Source of the DNA: Bdellovibrionota bacterium
Lineage (GTDB): Bacteria; Bdellovibrionota_C; UBA2361; JBGSMV01
Assembly: GCA_041739995.1 (NCBI GenBank)
Contig: JBGSMV010000061.1
Location: forward strand, 32,001-96,000
Length of the DNA stretch: 64,000 nt
Direction of reading: 5' to 3'
The notes beneath the pieces were generated by a model that was given only the letters and a program-made list of their open reading frames with translations, had not been told where the DNA came from and did no database searches. A program made the position numbers and the translations under genes. Position 1 is the stretch's first letter, and each line of letters opens with the position of its first letter. Below are positions 1 to 10,407 of the stretch, in pieces.

Positions 1-9
1 CTCTCCGCT

Positions 10-486
10 TTGGAGGAACCTAAGCAAGTGCAAGCGTCTGCTGTGGTGTCAGAGCTGGTGCCAGATGTGGCGCACCCGATTGCTTCGAAAAATCCGCTGG
101 TACGTTTTTTCTTTGTAGCCTCAGGTTGGCTATCTCTTACCCTTGGATTCTTCGGGATTTTTCTTCCACTGCTTCCGACGACTCCGTTTGTTCTTCTCGC
201 CGCTCTTTGTTTCTCAAAAGGCTCTCCGCGACTGCACAACTGGCTTCGTTCGACTAAGCTCGCGGGACGAATTATCCGTGACTGGGAAGAGCATGGCATG
301 ATTCGTCACAGAACCAAGGTGGTTACCACTGTGCTCATGGTAGGACTTACGAGCTATCCGGTCATCTTCATCCCGATGTGGATGATTTGTCGGGTGTTGA
401 TGATATGCACCAGTATTTGCGTGCTCACCTTCATTTGGACCCGACCGTCTGAACCGAACCAGCGGCCAGCGCGTCGCTTGCGCTAA
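10..486 (+). CDS. YbaN/DUF454 family inner membrane protein
   Basis: GIFLPLLPTTPFVLLAALCFSKGSPRLHNWL signature typical of DUF454/YbaN; hydrophobic segments. Confidence 0.85.
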   Translation: MEEPKQVQASAVVSELVPDVAHPIASKNPLVRFFFVASGWLSLTLGFFGIFLPLLPTTPFVLLAALCFSKGSPRLHNWLRSTKLAGRIIRDWEEHGMIRHRTKVVTTVLMVGLTSYPVIFIPMWMICRVLMICTSICVLTFIWTRPSEPNQRPARRLR

Positions 487-518
487 AGAGCGGACGGCGA
501 CGCCTTTCCGGGTGCGCA

Positions 519-580
519 TGAAATCCTCAGTGAACTCCTCAGTGAACTCCTCAGTGAAATTTCTCAGTGATATTCCTCAT
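519..580. repeat. Degenerate 12-13 bp tandem repeat (TGAACTCCTCAG-like, about 5 copies)
   Basis: tgaaatcctcag tgaactcctcag tgaactcctcag tgaaatttctcag tgatattcctcat read directly. Confidence 0.85.
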
Positions 581-626
581 CGATATCCTTCCATGAACCA
601 CCTTCCGAGGGTCTTGCCTAGTCGAG

Positions 627-1127
627 TTATTGACGCCCGGGAAGGGTAACTCCGTCCCAGAGACCTGGCGTCCGCCTTTGCCACGCCTCACAAAAAGCCC
701 GCTCAATAACGCTCGTATACTTCGGATATTCCCACTGCTCTGCCTTACATTTAATCGCTGCTTGTTCTCCCGATTGCTGAATTCTGCCGCTCGCGAAACC
801 GCGCCTCACAATCTCTTGGTCGCTTCCGATTGCAATACGCTGCAATAGATTCGTTCCACTTCCGCAATTCCAGCTGCATGGAAGGCCCAGAATATATCGG
901 TGACCCCGTCGATCCTCTGCCACTGCAAATGACAGAGTGTCGAGGTGCTGAGCATCTGGCGGTTTTTCCATAGCGCAAATGAATGTATACTCATCCGTCC
1001 GATCGACAATAAATTGATACCGGTCGGACCAGGGCGTTAGGGCTTCTCCGTCTATGATATCGAGCAACGTTTGCTCGTGTACTCGATCTCTTTGAATATT
1101 ATCAGAATTGATCCCCCATACTTTCAT
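627..1127 (-). CDS. Hypothetical protein
   Basis: 166 aa ATG ORF filling the gap between ybaN-like and nth; no recognised motif. Confidence 0.5.
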   Translation of the reverse strand: MKVWGINSDNIQRDRVHEQTLLDIIDGEALTPWSDRYQFIVDRTDEYTFICAMEKPPDAQHLDTLSFAVAEDRRGHRYILGLPCSWNCGSGTNLLQRIAIGSDQEIVRRGFASGRIQQSGEQAAIKCKAEQWEYPKYTSVIERAFCEAWQRRTPGLWDGVTLPGRQ

Positions 1128-1254
1128 CTCACGTAAAAGCCGCTCAATAGGAGAGTTCCAGGCCTCTGCCAGTGGTGACGGTGCTAAGGGAGTAGTGCCT
1201 TATGTTGCAGAAAAGAAATTGCACGGAGGGCATCTTTGCGCAGCAAAGAGGTGG

Positions 1255-1914
1255 TTATGAAATAATCTTAGACGGGCAGAGGCTGCCTAACTCGCAGCTC
1301 GCGCACGCGGGTCTCTGCGCCTTGCAAACCTTTCTTCCGTGTAGAATTAAAGAGTGATGCAGTGCCCGCCAGTCCTGTGGTGCGAAGAGGCTACATAGGT
1401 CGTTCTCGACGTCACGCACTGTTTTCCCAGACGAGAGTGCGAGGCGATGGGTCAGTCGGTAGACGTGAGTATCGACTGGGAGCGCAGGTGCGACTCCTAG
1501 CTCACCGACAACCACATTCGCTGTTTTCCTCCCAACCCCGGGAAGCGTGACCAGTTGAGCGTGCTCGCGAGGTAACACTCCACTAAAAGCTGAAATCACA
1601 AGCTGCGCCATCGCGATCAGGTTCTTGGCCTTGGTGCGATAGTAATTAACCGGGCGAATGATGCGTTCAAGCTCCGAGGATTTTGCGACTGCGAGCGTTT
1701 TAAAGTTAGGGAACTTGGTGAACAGTTCTGGGGTAACTTCATTTACTTTTTTGTCAGTGCATTGAGCGGAGAGCGTCACGGCAACGACAAGCTGGAACTC
1801 GTTCGAGAAATTGAGCTCGGAGCGTGGGTTCGGATAGAGCTGCTTTAAAACGTCCAGTATTCGATTAGCTTGGCGGACCTTTTTATTAGCCACTTTCTTC
1901 TGTTTTGGTTTCAT
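1255..1914 (-). CDS. nth: Endonuclease III
   Basis: LSAQCTDKKVN, HhH motif LPGVGRKTANVV, VDTHV, 4Fe-4S motif C-X6-C-X2-C-X5-C; ATG at 1914 preferred to the upstream TTG. Confidence 0.95.
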   Translation of the reverse strand: MKPKQKKVANKKVRQANRILDVLKQLYPNPRSELNFSNEFQLVVAVTLSAQCTDKKVNEVTPELFTKFPNFKTLAVAKSSELERIIRPVNYYRTKAKNLIAMAQLVISAFSGVLPREHAQLVTLPGVGRKTANVVVGELGVAPALPVDTHVYRLTHRLALSSGKTVRDVENDLCSLFAPQDWRALHHSLILHGRKVCKAQRPACASCELGSLCPSKIIS

Positions 1915-2030
1915 ACGAGATTTCAATTCAGGCCCGGTAGATATAGACCGATACTTGCCGGAAGCCCAACTGTAGCCGGTGAATTCTAGGAGCTGGCTTT
2001 TTTACCCTATAGAGTCGAAGTGAGTGAGGA

Positions 2031-2966
2031 TTGAGTACTCGAGATGACGCCATTGTCCCCCTCACTCCCGCCGTACCGCAGGTATTGCGGGCCATTGGGG
2101 AAATGTTGCTCGCCTGTCTGGCGTTCGCGTTTATGAACGCCTGCGCTAAAGCGCTGGCAGGTGCTTTGCCTGCGACCGAGGTAGCGTTTTTCAGAGTGCT
2201 AGTAACTACGCTCCTATTGATTCCGATCATGCACGTTCGACGCGTCAGGATGATTGGGAAGCATCAGCGACTGCTCTTCTTGCGAAGTGTTACCGGTACT
2301 GTTGCGCTATGCCTTAACTTTGCCGCTGCGGCAGTGCTCCCCCTGGCCGAGCTCGGCGCGATTGTGAAAAGTAGCGTCCTTTTCACCGTGCTGCTTGGGA
2401 TGTTTCTCCTTGGTGAGGAGCGTTCTGGGCGGCGTGTTTGGTACACAACTATAGGTTTCCTTGGAGTTGGTTTGGTCTTGCGCCCCACGTTTGAGATTGA
2501 GCCAATGGGAGCCATGCAGGCCATAGGGACCGCGCTATTTAGTTCGGTATCCGCCCTTGCAATCCGAGAGCTCGGAGGACGAGAACATCCGCTCACGGTG
2601 GTATTTCATTTTAGTCTATTCTGCTGCTTGGTAATGGCGATAGGCTTTAGCTCCTGGTTTATCATTCCCTCTGGAGCGCAGTGCTGGCTGTTGCTGGGTT
2701 GCGGCCTGGCAGGAACTTTTGGTCAGATTTTTGTGACCGCTGCGCTGCAACGCGCCCCCGCCTCCGTTATCGCTCCGTATGCCTACTCCGAGGTGCTGTT
2801 TGCGGTGACACTTGGTGTCTTTCTATTTTCTGAAGTTCTCTCGGTATTTACGTTGCTGGGCGCAGGGATGATAGTGGGCTCCGGTATGGTGCTTGCACGC
2901 CTTTCGGGCCCGTCCGCGGGCGGGAAAGTAGTGTTTCGGTCGAAAACTAAGGGCAGAGTACCCTAA
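2031..2966 (+). CDS. DMT/EamA family transporter
   Basis: About 10 TM segments in two repeats; EVAFFR, LLGEE, APASVIAPYAYSEVLFA patterns. Confidence 0.9.
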   Translation: MSTRDDAIVPLTPAVPQVLRAIGEMLLACLAFAFMNACAKALAGALPATEVAFFRVLVTTLLLIPIMHVRRVRMIGKHQRLLFLRSVTGTVALCLNFAAAAVLPLAELGAIVKSSVLFTVLLGMFLLGEERSGRRVWYTTIGFLGVGLVLRPTFEIEPMGAMQAIGTALFSSVSALAIRELGGREHPLTVVFHFSLFCCLVMAIGFSSWFIIPSGAQCWLLLGCGLAGTFGQIFVTAALQRAPASVIAPYAYSEVLFAVTLGVFLFSEVLSVFTLLGAGMIVGSGMVLARLSGPSAGGKVVFRSKTKGRVP

Positions 2967-3005
2967 GAGCAAAGAGTGAAAGTTTCTTAAGAGACAGGAA
3001 ACGAA

Positions 3006-4118
3006 GTGGGCGCAATGAACGCAATGAAAGAGTCAGTTCAGAATTTGTTCTCAGCCTCACCGCAGTTGCGCGGGCTTGTAGTGAGAGAGGTGCAAGCGCT
3101 TGCAGGAGATGCGTCACAACGCCGCTACTTTCGAGTGACTGTGCAGGGCTTGCCAAGCTCGCTTATTTTGCTCGAATACGGCAACGCCAAGGGCCCCGCT
3201 TTTAAACAGCCGGAGATTCCTTCTCAAGAAGAAAGCATGCGGTTGTTGGCGAATGAGCTACTGCCTTTTCAGATTCCGCTTCCAAAGTTGTTCCTGCACG
3301 ATTCAAAGAGTCATCGTTTTGTATTCGAAGACTGTGGCGATCGCTCGCTTGCGATGCTTGCAAGTGGGCATAGGGATGCGTTGGTTGAACAGCTTGAGAA
3401 TGATCATCGATCGGACTGGCTTGAGCACCTATTTGCCGAAGCGATTGGCATCGTGTCTAAGTTACAGAAGATTCCAAGCACGTCTTCAGTGGTTGCCTGT
3501 CGACGCTGGCTAGAGTTCGAAAATCTCAGAAATGAAGCCCAAGAATTTATAGACTTTGTGGCGATTCCAGGTGGAGCCAATAAGGCAGCATTGGAAGTGC
3601 TTCGCGGTCAGCTTGACGCGCTTTGTGAAACTATTCGCTCGTTTCCAAAGCTTGTTTCACATTTTGACTTCCATGGTCACAATATCCTTGTTCGGGACGA
3701 CGGAAAGCTGACCTTGATTGATTTTCAGGATGCCTGCCTGGCAAGTCCTGCAAGAGATATAGTCTCGCTGCTCAATGATCGCGGCATGGATGAGACTCTT
3801 GGATACTCGCGGCACTCAAGGCTGTTGAAGCGCGCATTTGAAGGTCTAGGCGCCACCTCTCAAGAATTCACCAAGTATTATAATTTTACGCTACTACATT
3901 GGGACCTGAGAGTAAGTGGACGGTTCCGCAAGCTCGGCATTGAGAAAAAAACGGACCGTTATGTGCAGTGGATTCCTGGCACCCTTCGCCGTCTTGGGCG
4001 AACAGTCTTAAGAGCGCATCCAGAGATTCACGGCATGGAGGATCTTTTGCAGGTGCTCGAAAAACTTTGCCCTGAAGCCCGCGAAGGAATTTCAGATCCG
4101 TGGCCCTTACCTAAGTAG
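3006..4118 (+). CDS. Aminoglycoside phosphotransferase family kinase, AmgK-like (MurNAc/GlcNAc anomeric kinase)
   Basis: LAGDASQRRYFRV N-terminal motif, EDCGD, HFDFHGHNIL and IDFQDA kinase motifs. Confidence 0.8.
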   Translation: MGAMNAMKESVQNLFSASPQLRGLVVREVQALAGDASQRRYFRVTVQGLPSSLILLEYGNAKGPAFKQPEIPSQEESMRLLANELLPFQIPLPKLFLHDSKSHRFVFEDCGDRSLAMLASGHRDALVEQLENDHRSDWLEHLFAEAIGIVSKLQKIPSTSSVVACRRWLEFENLRNEAQEFIDFVAIPGGANKAALEVLRGQLDALCETIRSFPKLVSHFDFHGHNILVRDDGKLTLIDFQDACLASPARDIVSLLNDRGMDETLGYSRHSRLLKRAFEGLGATSQEFTKYYNFTLLHWDLRVSGRFRKLGIEKKTDRYVQWIPGTLRRLGRTVLRAHPEIHGMEDLLQVLEKLCPEAREGISDPWPLPK

Positions 4119-4158
4119 TCACTGGGTCGTGGGGCGCTCAAGCGTTTAAGCGAAAGAT

Positions 4159-4656
4159 CTATCGAAACGTCTTTTGGGGACTCGAATAAATTACCTGATG
4201 AGCTTTATCACTTAACGCGGAAATCGATTCTGCGGTGAATTTCCCTGATGACCAAAGTGTATTTGCCTCCGAGGCAATATTGTTCAGAGATTTGATTCGT
4301 TCAATGTCAGCGGGATCCCTGTCCTCGGTAAGGTGAGCGCGATGGAAGCGCTGATCGAACGGGCGTACCAGAGAGCCTCCTGTGATTAATGCTTTTGCCG
4401 TTAGTGTCGTGATGTCTATGTCTGAGCTGCCAGATTTTACGCACATCAGCACGCCCACCCACTCGTTCCAGTAGTCCAGGATCGCATGGCTAACCGAAAT
4501 TGGTTTGTATTGCGAAGGGGTAACAGCTTCACCTTCAGCTGGAGAGATCCCATTAGATTCGGGAACCGAAGATGACAAGACCGCGACGCGGGTTTGATCA
4601 GCGCTACTTCGATCTGACGAAACACTTCGATTTCTGTTGCGGATCCTTGCCAGCAT
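4159..4656 (-). CDS. Hypothetical protein
   Basis: 165 aa ATG ORF with purine-rich upstream region; no motif recognised. Confidence 0.5.
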   Translation of the reverse strand: MLARIRNRNRSVSSDRSSADQTRVAVLSSSVPESNGISPAEGEAVTPSQYKPISVSHAILDYWNEWVGVLMCVKSGSSDIDITTLTAKALITGGSLVRPFDQRFHRAHLTEDRDPADIERIKSLNNIASEANTLWSSGKFTAESISALSDKAHQVIYSSPQKTFR

Positions 4657-4869
4657 TTTCTCTTTTCTCCGTTCTTAAAGAACATGTTCGAAACACTAGG
4701 TTCGAGATATGGCGAGGTTATCGAATGTGGAGCAGCAACCGAGTGAAGAAGTGTTAATCTTTTGTTAGTGGGCGGTGATTCAGGAGGGTGCGCATTAACT
4801 GTCTAGTTTCAATGAGTTAGGTGAGCTTCGGTGAGCCGCATCAGATTTATGAAAGTCGCAGTGTTCGGC

Positions 4870-4899
4870 GTCCTCTAGCGGCGACTTCCGCTAGCGGAC
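4870..4899. terminator. GC-rich hairpin downstream of the minus-strand operon ending at 4907
   Basis: gtcc-t-ctagcgg cgactt ccgctag-c-ggac inverted repeat; no clear U-tract. Confidence 0.3.
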
Positions 4900-4906
4900 G
4901 CGATTT

Positions 4907-5554
4907 TTAACGCAAATGTGCGCGCACTTCTTTGAAGAGGCTCGCTCGATGAAAATCTGGGGCGATTGACTGGAGATTGGAAGCTGAGAGAAAGAGATGC
5001 GTGTCAGACGCAGGACTGGAAAGGATTGAGGTTACGTTCGCTCTGGTTGGTCGCTCATCAAAGGCGCGAATACCCAGTGCAGAACGCGGAATTCGGATAG
5101 TGGCATGCCAATGTGCTTCGTTTTTTGAAACCTCGCTCCAACATTGAACACCTGAGGTGAGTTTCAATAAATCTACTGATTCGGAGCGCATGCGATAGTC
5201 ATCGAATATCGCCGTCCACCAGGCGCCGGTGGGGCTGAGGTTGAATTCTTGATAGCGAGTGCTACTCGGCGTGCTGTCGCAAATAAAAAGTTCAATAAGT
5301 TCTTGCTCCCAAAGTCCTTCGACAAACGCTCCTGTCTCAAGCGAAAGATCGCACTGCGGTGATGCGGCACGAGATCCGAGTAGCCACACAGCATCTGGGT
5401 CGGTAGCCAGCGTATAGGAGATAGGTGGCGTGACCTTCTCCCCATACCAATCGCTATTCAGTGGAGCGCGAGGAAAAGACGCAACTTCCGGATAGGTCAG
5501 AGGGGTCTTAGAGGTGATGCATATCACACAACTCTCTTGTGGTTTTTCACTCAT
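4907..5554 (-). CDS. Hypothetical protein, possibly DOMON/CBM9-like beta-sandwich
   Basis: GLWEQELIELFI, YQEFNLSPTGAWW and PDFH motifs resemble DOMON-like proteins; ATG overlaps the end of the SpoIID gene. Confidence 0.6.
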   Translation of the reverse strand: MSEKPQESCVICITSKTPLTYPEVASFPRAPLNSDWYGEKVTPPISYTLATDPDAVWLLGSRAASPQCDLSLETGAFVEGLWEQELIELFICDSTPSSTRYQEFNLSPTGAWWTAIFDDYRMRSESVDLLKLTSGVQCWSEVSKNEAHWHATIRIPRSALGIRAFDERPTRANVTSILSSPASDTHLFLSASNLQSIAPDFHRASLFKEVRAHLR

Positions 5555-6917
5555 AAGCACGCACAACCTCACAGCTTGGGAAATAGTGCTTTAAAATAGC
5601 TTCTCCCGACATGCCCTTGAGCGCCAAGGCGAGAGCTCCAATCTGGCATAGTCCAACCCCGTGCCCCCATCCAGCGCCGGTTAGTTTAAGTTGGTCTTGT
5701 GCGCCTGTAGTCGAAGTAATCCATTCGTGAATAAAGGCGGAAGAATAGAGAAAAGAGGAATGGAGTGCTCGGCGAATGGAGTACTGGCCTTGAATCTCAA
5801 CGCTGCGCTGGTCTCCTGCGCTGGTAAGGTAGTCTACAGCGATGCTCATGAGTCTTCCGGAGCGACCGCGCTTGCCGTGTTTTAGACGTAAGACCTGACT
5901 GAGCTCAGGGAGCTCGAGGCGCTCACGGACAAGCGCGCTGAGCTGGTCTCGAGCTATCTGATAAGTCCAACGAAAGTAGGCATCTGGCTTATCGACCGCT
6001 CCGAGATAGCGCGGCAGGATCTTCTCTGAAATCGAATCAGGCGAGCAACAACAATGCCTTGCTGGAGTGAGAATCCATTTCTGAGCGGCAGTTTCATTTG
6101 TCAGGTCAACTTCGATAGGCTCTTCGCGGTCAGCCTGGGTAGTGAGCCCCGGCACTGAAAATCCAAAAGCTGATAGAGGCTCTTCGACGTAGCCACCGCA
6201 ACTCTTAGAGTAATAGGCGGCGCAGGCATTACCTTCTGGATTTCTAAGGTACATGCCACGGCTGAGGCGTACGGCATCAACTGAAGCGGCTGAAAGAAAT
6301 GTGGTGCCCTGATAGCGCTGGCAGTCATCGTCATTGCAAACGTCGAAGCCTGAGTTCGGGTGCTTATTACGCAGAAACACATAGCTCCAAGACCTCGCTG
6401 CTGTGGCCTGTGCAAAGGCAAAAGATGCGGGGCATCCGGGGCTCATCTCTGAAGTAATGACGCAGGTGCAGTAGTCTTCAAAATCGACCTGATTGACTAC
6501 CTGTAGCCCCTCGGCACTAGCGGATATTTCGAAGTCTCCCGGAAAGGTAAGCGCAACGTCCTTCTTCCAGTGGAAGCTTCTCCCGACTGTTATGGGGTTG
6601 ATGATAAGGCCTGCATGGGCGGAAAGCTCTGCGGCCTTGGTTCGGCGCACGCTCAACGCTTCGCCGTCGGAGATCTCAAAGTTTCCAGCGTCTAAGCGGA
6701 CCAGCAACGAAGTGCCTTTGCGTTCGACTGACAGCTCCGCTCCGCTGATGAGATTTGCCCGCTCCGTTCCAGAAAGACTAATCGTATAAGAGAGACCTTC
6801 GGTTGGACGTAGGGAGAGATGTTGGCGGCCGTCTTCTGGGAGAACCAATCCGACCCGCAGCAAGGGGACTTGTTGCTCGGGAAGGTTCACTGCTTGGGGG
6901 CGAGGTTCATGCACCAT
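5547..6917 (-). CDS. SpoIID/LytB domain lytic transglycosylase
   Basis: VNQVDFEDY..VITSEM, AQATAARS, FDVCNDDDCQRYQG, GAGWGHGVGLCQIGA, ILKHYFP. Confidence 0.92.
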   Translation of the reverse strand: MVHEPRPQAVNLPEQQVPLLRVGLVLPEDGRQHLSLRPTEGLSYTISLSGTERANLISGAELSVERKGTSLLVRLDAGNFEISDGEALSVRRTKAAELSAHAGLIINPITVGRSFHWKKDVALTFPGDFEISASAEGLQVVNQVDFEDYCTCVITSEMSPGCPASFAFAQATAARSWSYVFLRNKHPNSGFDVCNDDDCQRYQGTTFLSAASVDAVRLSRGMYLRNPEGNACAAYYSKSCGGYVEEPLSAFGFSVPGLTTQADREEPIEVDLTNETAAQKWILTPARHCCCSPDSISEKILPRYLGAVDKPDAYFRWTYQIARDQLSALVRERLELPELSQVLRLKHGKRGRSGRLMSIAVDYLTSAGDQRSVEIQGQYSIRRALHSSFLYSSAFIHEWITSTTGAQDQLKLTGAGWGHGVGLCQIGALALALKGMSGEAILKHYFPSCEVVRAYE

Positions 6918-6932
6918 GTTTGGATCGGGCTC

Positions 6933-7778
6933 TTATGAATTTTTCTTATGAAGTTTTACCATGGCTGAAAAATCTTCGTCGCCGAACCCATTTTCCATTG
7001 CCAACCGAAGCTTTTCAAGAATGCTCGCGTGAAGCACGAAATTATCCTTCGTGAGACTACCAAGTAACCGCATGTCTTTTGCCATGTGTTTAGTGGAAAA
7101 CTGCGCAGGAAACTCTCCCGAACACATCAAGGCCTCCTTCCACTGAGTAAGCTTGCTCGACGCTGCATTAGACGCAAGCGCTTCAAAGAAGATTGGGTCC
7201 GAAATATCAGCGTTGCGGCAGATGCTTATCGATTCTGCCAGGGCGGCAACTGCAGCAGCAATCTGCAGGTTCATGGCCAGTTTCAAGGTGCATGCTTGTG
7301 GAGGTGTCCCGATTCGAATCTGCTGTTCGCTAAGCCTTTTGAGGTACGGTGTGACATTAGCGACGAGCGAAGCTTCTCCGCCTAGGTAGAAAAGAGTCTT
7401 CCTTGACAGCGCCCCGGGAAGACTGCCGGTAAAAGGAGCTTCAAGATACCGAGCCCCTTGAGCTTCGACTACGGCGCTGGTGCTGTCGCTCGAAGCAGGG
7501 TCAATGGTCGTTGATTGAATCACCACATGCCGCGCCGTAAGACTTGGAGCTAAAACCTGGATGACGGAACCAAGTGCGAGCTCATCCGAGACGACGATAT
7601 GAATCAAATCGGCTTGTGCCGGTATCGCCGCAAGATCTTGCTGAAAGCGCGGGAATACCTTGGGAGTGCGGTTCCAAGTGGCGCTCAGGACGCCATCGGC
7701 TTCTAGGTGTTGAGCCCAGGCGCTGCCGATGATGCCGAGGCCAATCATGGCGCATGAATGAAAAGATGAAGTTTCCAT
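6933..7778 (-). CDS. NAD(P)-dependent oxidoreductase, 3-hydroxyisobutyrate dehydrogenase family
   Basis: IGLGIIGS Rossmann motif, WNRT, EAPFTGS, KLAMN, HMAKDM. Confidence 0.9.
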   Translation of the reverse strand: METSSFHSCAMIGLGIIGSAWAQHLEADGVLSATWNRTPKVFPRFQQDLAAIPAQADLIHIVVSDELALGSVIQVLAPSLTARHVVIQSTTIDPASSDSTSAVVEAQGARYLEAPFTGSLPGALSRKTLFYLGGEASLVANVTPYLKRLSEQQIRIGTPPQACTLKLAMNLQIAAAVAALAESISICRNADISDPIFFEALASNAASSKLTQWKEALMCSGEFPAQFSTKHMAKDMRLLGSLTKDNFVLHASILEKLRLAMENGFGDEDFSAMVKLHKKNS

Positions 7779-8051
7779 GTCTCTTGTTCTAACCTTATCC
7801 GCAGAGGTGACGGTTATCGTTACCTTCGATTCTTAGCGCTCGCAATCTCTAAAGACTCTGTTTGCCGACAGTTGGCTCACGCAGAGCTTGTGCGAATTGC
7901 TGCGCATTTAATTGCCGTCCTGCGGCCTTGTAACTAGCCCCAATCTCTAAGAAAGACACGTAGAGAGCAGTGAGGGTGTCAGAATTGGTGACCTGAGCAT
8001 GCTGGCTAGGACAAGTGAGGTGGCCTACCTCTTGCAACTAGAGCTTGTGGT

Positions 8052-10397
8052 GTGGGTCTCTACGAGGAGGGATCTATGCAGGTTGTTAGGGTTCTCACGC
8101 ACATTCACCAAGTATTCATGCGACGAGACTCGAGTCATCTACTGCTCGCCGCGCTTGCGGGGCTATTCTTTCTTTCCTCTTCATCTTTACTCAAAGCCGA
8201 ATCGACCAAAAGGCAGGTCATTGTTCCATTAAAAGTAGGGCAGGATTTTAGCACGGTGCTTTTTTGCACGGGGCGCACTCCACTTCCGCGACAGATTTGG
8301 ACAAATCTTTTTGACGATACTTCAGCAGAATCTCCAGTTGCGCTGCGTTTGAGGTCAAAGGGTGCAGCAAGAGTTCAGCTTATTGGCGAGGATAAATTTC
8401 GACTAATGGCGCATCTGAGCTCCACCTCGAGGCGCCTTGCTCGACTGAGTGGCGAGCCGCGAACAGGCTTCTTCGATGTGCGTGCGAGGCGCCAAGTGCG
8501 CTGCTCTTCCGTAGTTTTGCGTTCACAGTCGGTGAGTGCTCTTAAGGTCGACGCTCGTGTGAGCTCAGGCACGTCTTTGCGTCGCCTACGCCGCAGCATC
8601 GCCGCAAAGGGTGCAGACAGCGTGGTAATTCCTGACAGCGCGACCCTCTCCTCCGTATCAAAAGGTACTGGGCGAAGATTTCCATTAGATGTGACCCGAT
8701 GCGCGTATTCAGATCATGATGCAGATGGGACTATCGGCTTTGGCGATTTGATCTTAGGTCTCATGGCCTGGGGAGCAGATGAGCTGCTGCATGATGCGAA
8801 CCAAGACGGGCAGGTGAATGCTGCTGATATAGAGCAAATGCTGCAGTGCTGGTCGGCGCGCCGAGAGGCGGCATTGACTCCGGCGCCGCGTCCTGATGAG
8901 CCGTTGCCGACGCCACAGGTGACCCCTGAGCCGAGCCCGCCTGTGTTTTTGAGTTCGACCGTTACCCCGCCTCAGACACAGCCGGGGCTTGTCACGCCGA
9001 CTGCTACGTTAGGTGTAACGCCAACAGTTGCTGCTTCCACGCCGTTACCGCAGTTGACCAATACGCCCACACGCACCGCAACGCCTACTGCCACCCGAAC
9101 GCCCACACGCACCAGTTCAGCGACGCCCACGCGGACTCCGACAGTTGCAAGCACCCAGCCATCTGGGGGTTATTGTAGCCAGATCACTCAGTACGGCATC
9201 ACCTGGAACTTTGATCGTTCCTATCCGTGCGGCAATTTCGTGAATGGTGACTCGTGGGTAGTGGGGCCGCTTTCGGTGGTCTCCGTTAGCCCAGGTTGGG
9301 ACGGAACAACTAATGGTTCTATGCTCGACCCTAATCCAGATGCATCTCAGGGCTATGACACTCGAGCGTACAGCTATAGTTCTCAAAAGCGCGTGACATT
9401 TCCTAAAGTCATTTCAGGGGATGCGTCTCTCATTTCTACCGTTGGACTAAGCGCCTGCGCTACGGGCGGCGCGGCACATTGTTTGTCAACGGCGGCGGTG
9501 CTTACGATCTTAAATGCAGCTCCAGCCCCTAACTCATTTCGCCCACCGTACGTTGCGGGGACAAAGCGCATAAGAAACAAATCAAGTGTTCGCTATGAGC
9601 TGCTGCCAAAGTTGCAAAAACCGACTGGGGTTCCATTGCCGATTGAGACTTCCACGATGACTCGTGTTTGGCTTGATCACGGACCAAAAGTGGCAGGGGC
9701 AACCATTCATCCGTCAGCCAATATGCCTCCTTATCCGAGAGATAGCTCGATGCAAGTGTCACGCATGGCGCTTCTGGTGCTCATTGATCAGCCGCAGCAG
9801 CGTGAATATGCGGATCGAATGATTCAGCTCGGTATCGACCTGTATCCGATTGCGCTCGCCAATGGCGATGCATTCCGCGCCTACGGCGGATTTGGATCGG
9901 GGAGAAAATGGCCAATTCTATTCGCGGGAATCTTGCTCAATGACCAAGACATGCTGTCACCGCCCGAGTTTATTGCTCAGAATTCGTCAATTAATAAATT
10001 CGGTGAAGATGGACATACCTATTATGGGCAGCCTACTGCGAGCTATCCGGGCGGAAAGCCGCTTTGGGGCCAGGATTGCGGAAGCTTAGAGTCGCCCTAC
10101 TTCACAAATCATGACTGCCGAGATCCGAATGGACAGGTGGATTCAGAATATATGGTTAACGGAGGATCCTATCGAACGTGTTGCACTTCTCGAACCTGGT
10201 TAGGGTCAGCGCTGGCGGCTCGTATTATGGGAGCGGTTAATCAGTGGGATCACCCCGCATTCTTTGACTATGTGGATCGCTGGGTAGCTGAGCCAGAGAC
10301 CTGGTCGAATAGTACCACCAACTTTTACCGCGACATTTATGGTTACGGCGGTGATGGCGGAGGGTTCATGACCGCGATGTGGGCGACCTATCGCTAA
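8052..10397 (+). CDS. Large secreted protein: dockerin/EF-hand-like repeat, Pro/Thr linker, C-terminal domain of unknown function
   Basis: Signal-like LLLAALAGLFFLSSSSLLKA (true start probably at MRRDSS, 8118); DHDADGTIGFGDL and DANQDGQVNAADI Ca-binding loops; TPTRTATPTATRTPT linker. Confidence 0.75.
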   Translation: MGLYEEGSMQVVRVLTHIHQVFMRRDSSHLLLAALAGLFFLSSSSLLKAESTKRQVIVPLKVGQDFSTVLFCTGRTPLPRQIWTNLFDDTSAESPVALRLRSKGAARVQLIGEDKFRLMAHLSSTSRRLARLSGEPRTGFFDVRARRQVRCSSVVLRSQSVSALKVDARVSSGTSLRRLRRSIAAKGADSVVIPDSATLSSVSKGTGRRFPLDVTRCAYSDHDADGTIGFGDLILGLMAWGADELLHDANQDGQVNAADIEQMLQCWSARREAALTPAPRPDEPLPTPQVTPEPSPPVFLSSTVTPPQTQPGLVTPTATLGVTPTVAASTPLPQLTNTPTRTATPTATRTPTRTSSATPTRTPTVASTQPSGGYCSQITQYGITWNFDRSYPCGNFVNGDSWVVGPLSVVSVSPGWDGTTNGSMLDPNPDASQGYDTRAYSYSSQKRVTFPKVISGDASLISTVGLSACATGGAAHCLSTAAVLTILNAAPAPNSFRPPYVAGTKRIRNKSSVRYELLPKLQKPTGVPLPIETSTMTRVWLDHGPKVAGATIHPSANMPPYPRDSSMQVSRMALLVLIDQPQQREYADRMIQLGIDLYPIALANGDAFRAYGGFGSGRKWPILFAGILLNDQDMLSPPEFIAQNSSINKFGEDGHTYYGQPTASYPGGKPLWGQDCGSLESPYFTNHDCRDPNGQVDSEYMVNGGSYRTCCTSRTWLGSALAARIMGAVNQWDHPAFFDYVDRWVAEPETWSNSTTNFYRDIYGYGGDGGGFMTAMWATYR

Positions 10398-10407
10398 GGG
10401 GGGGAAC

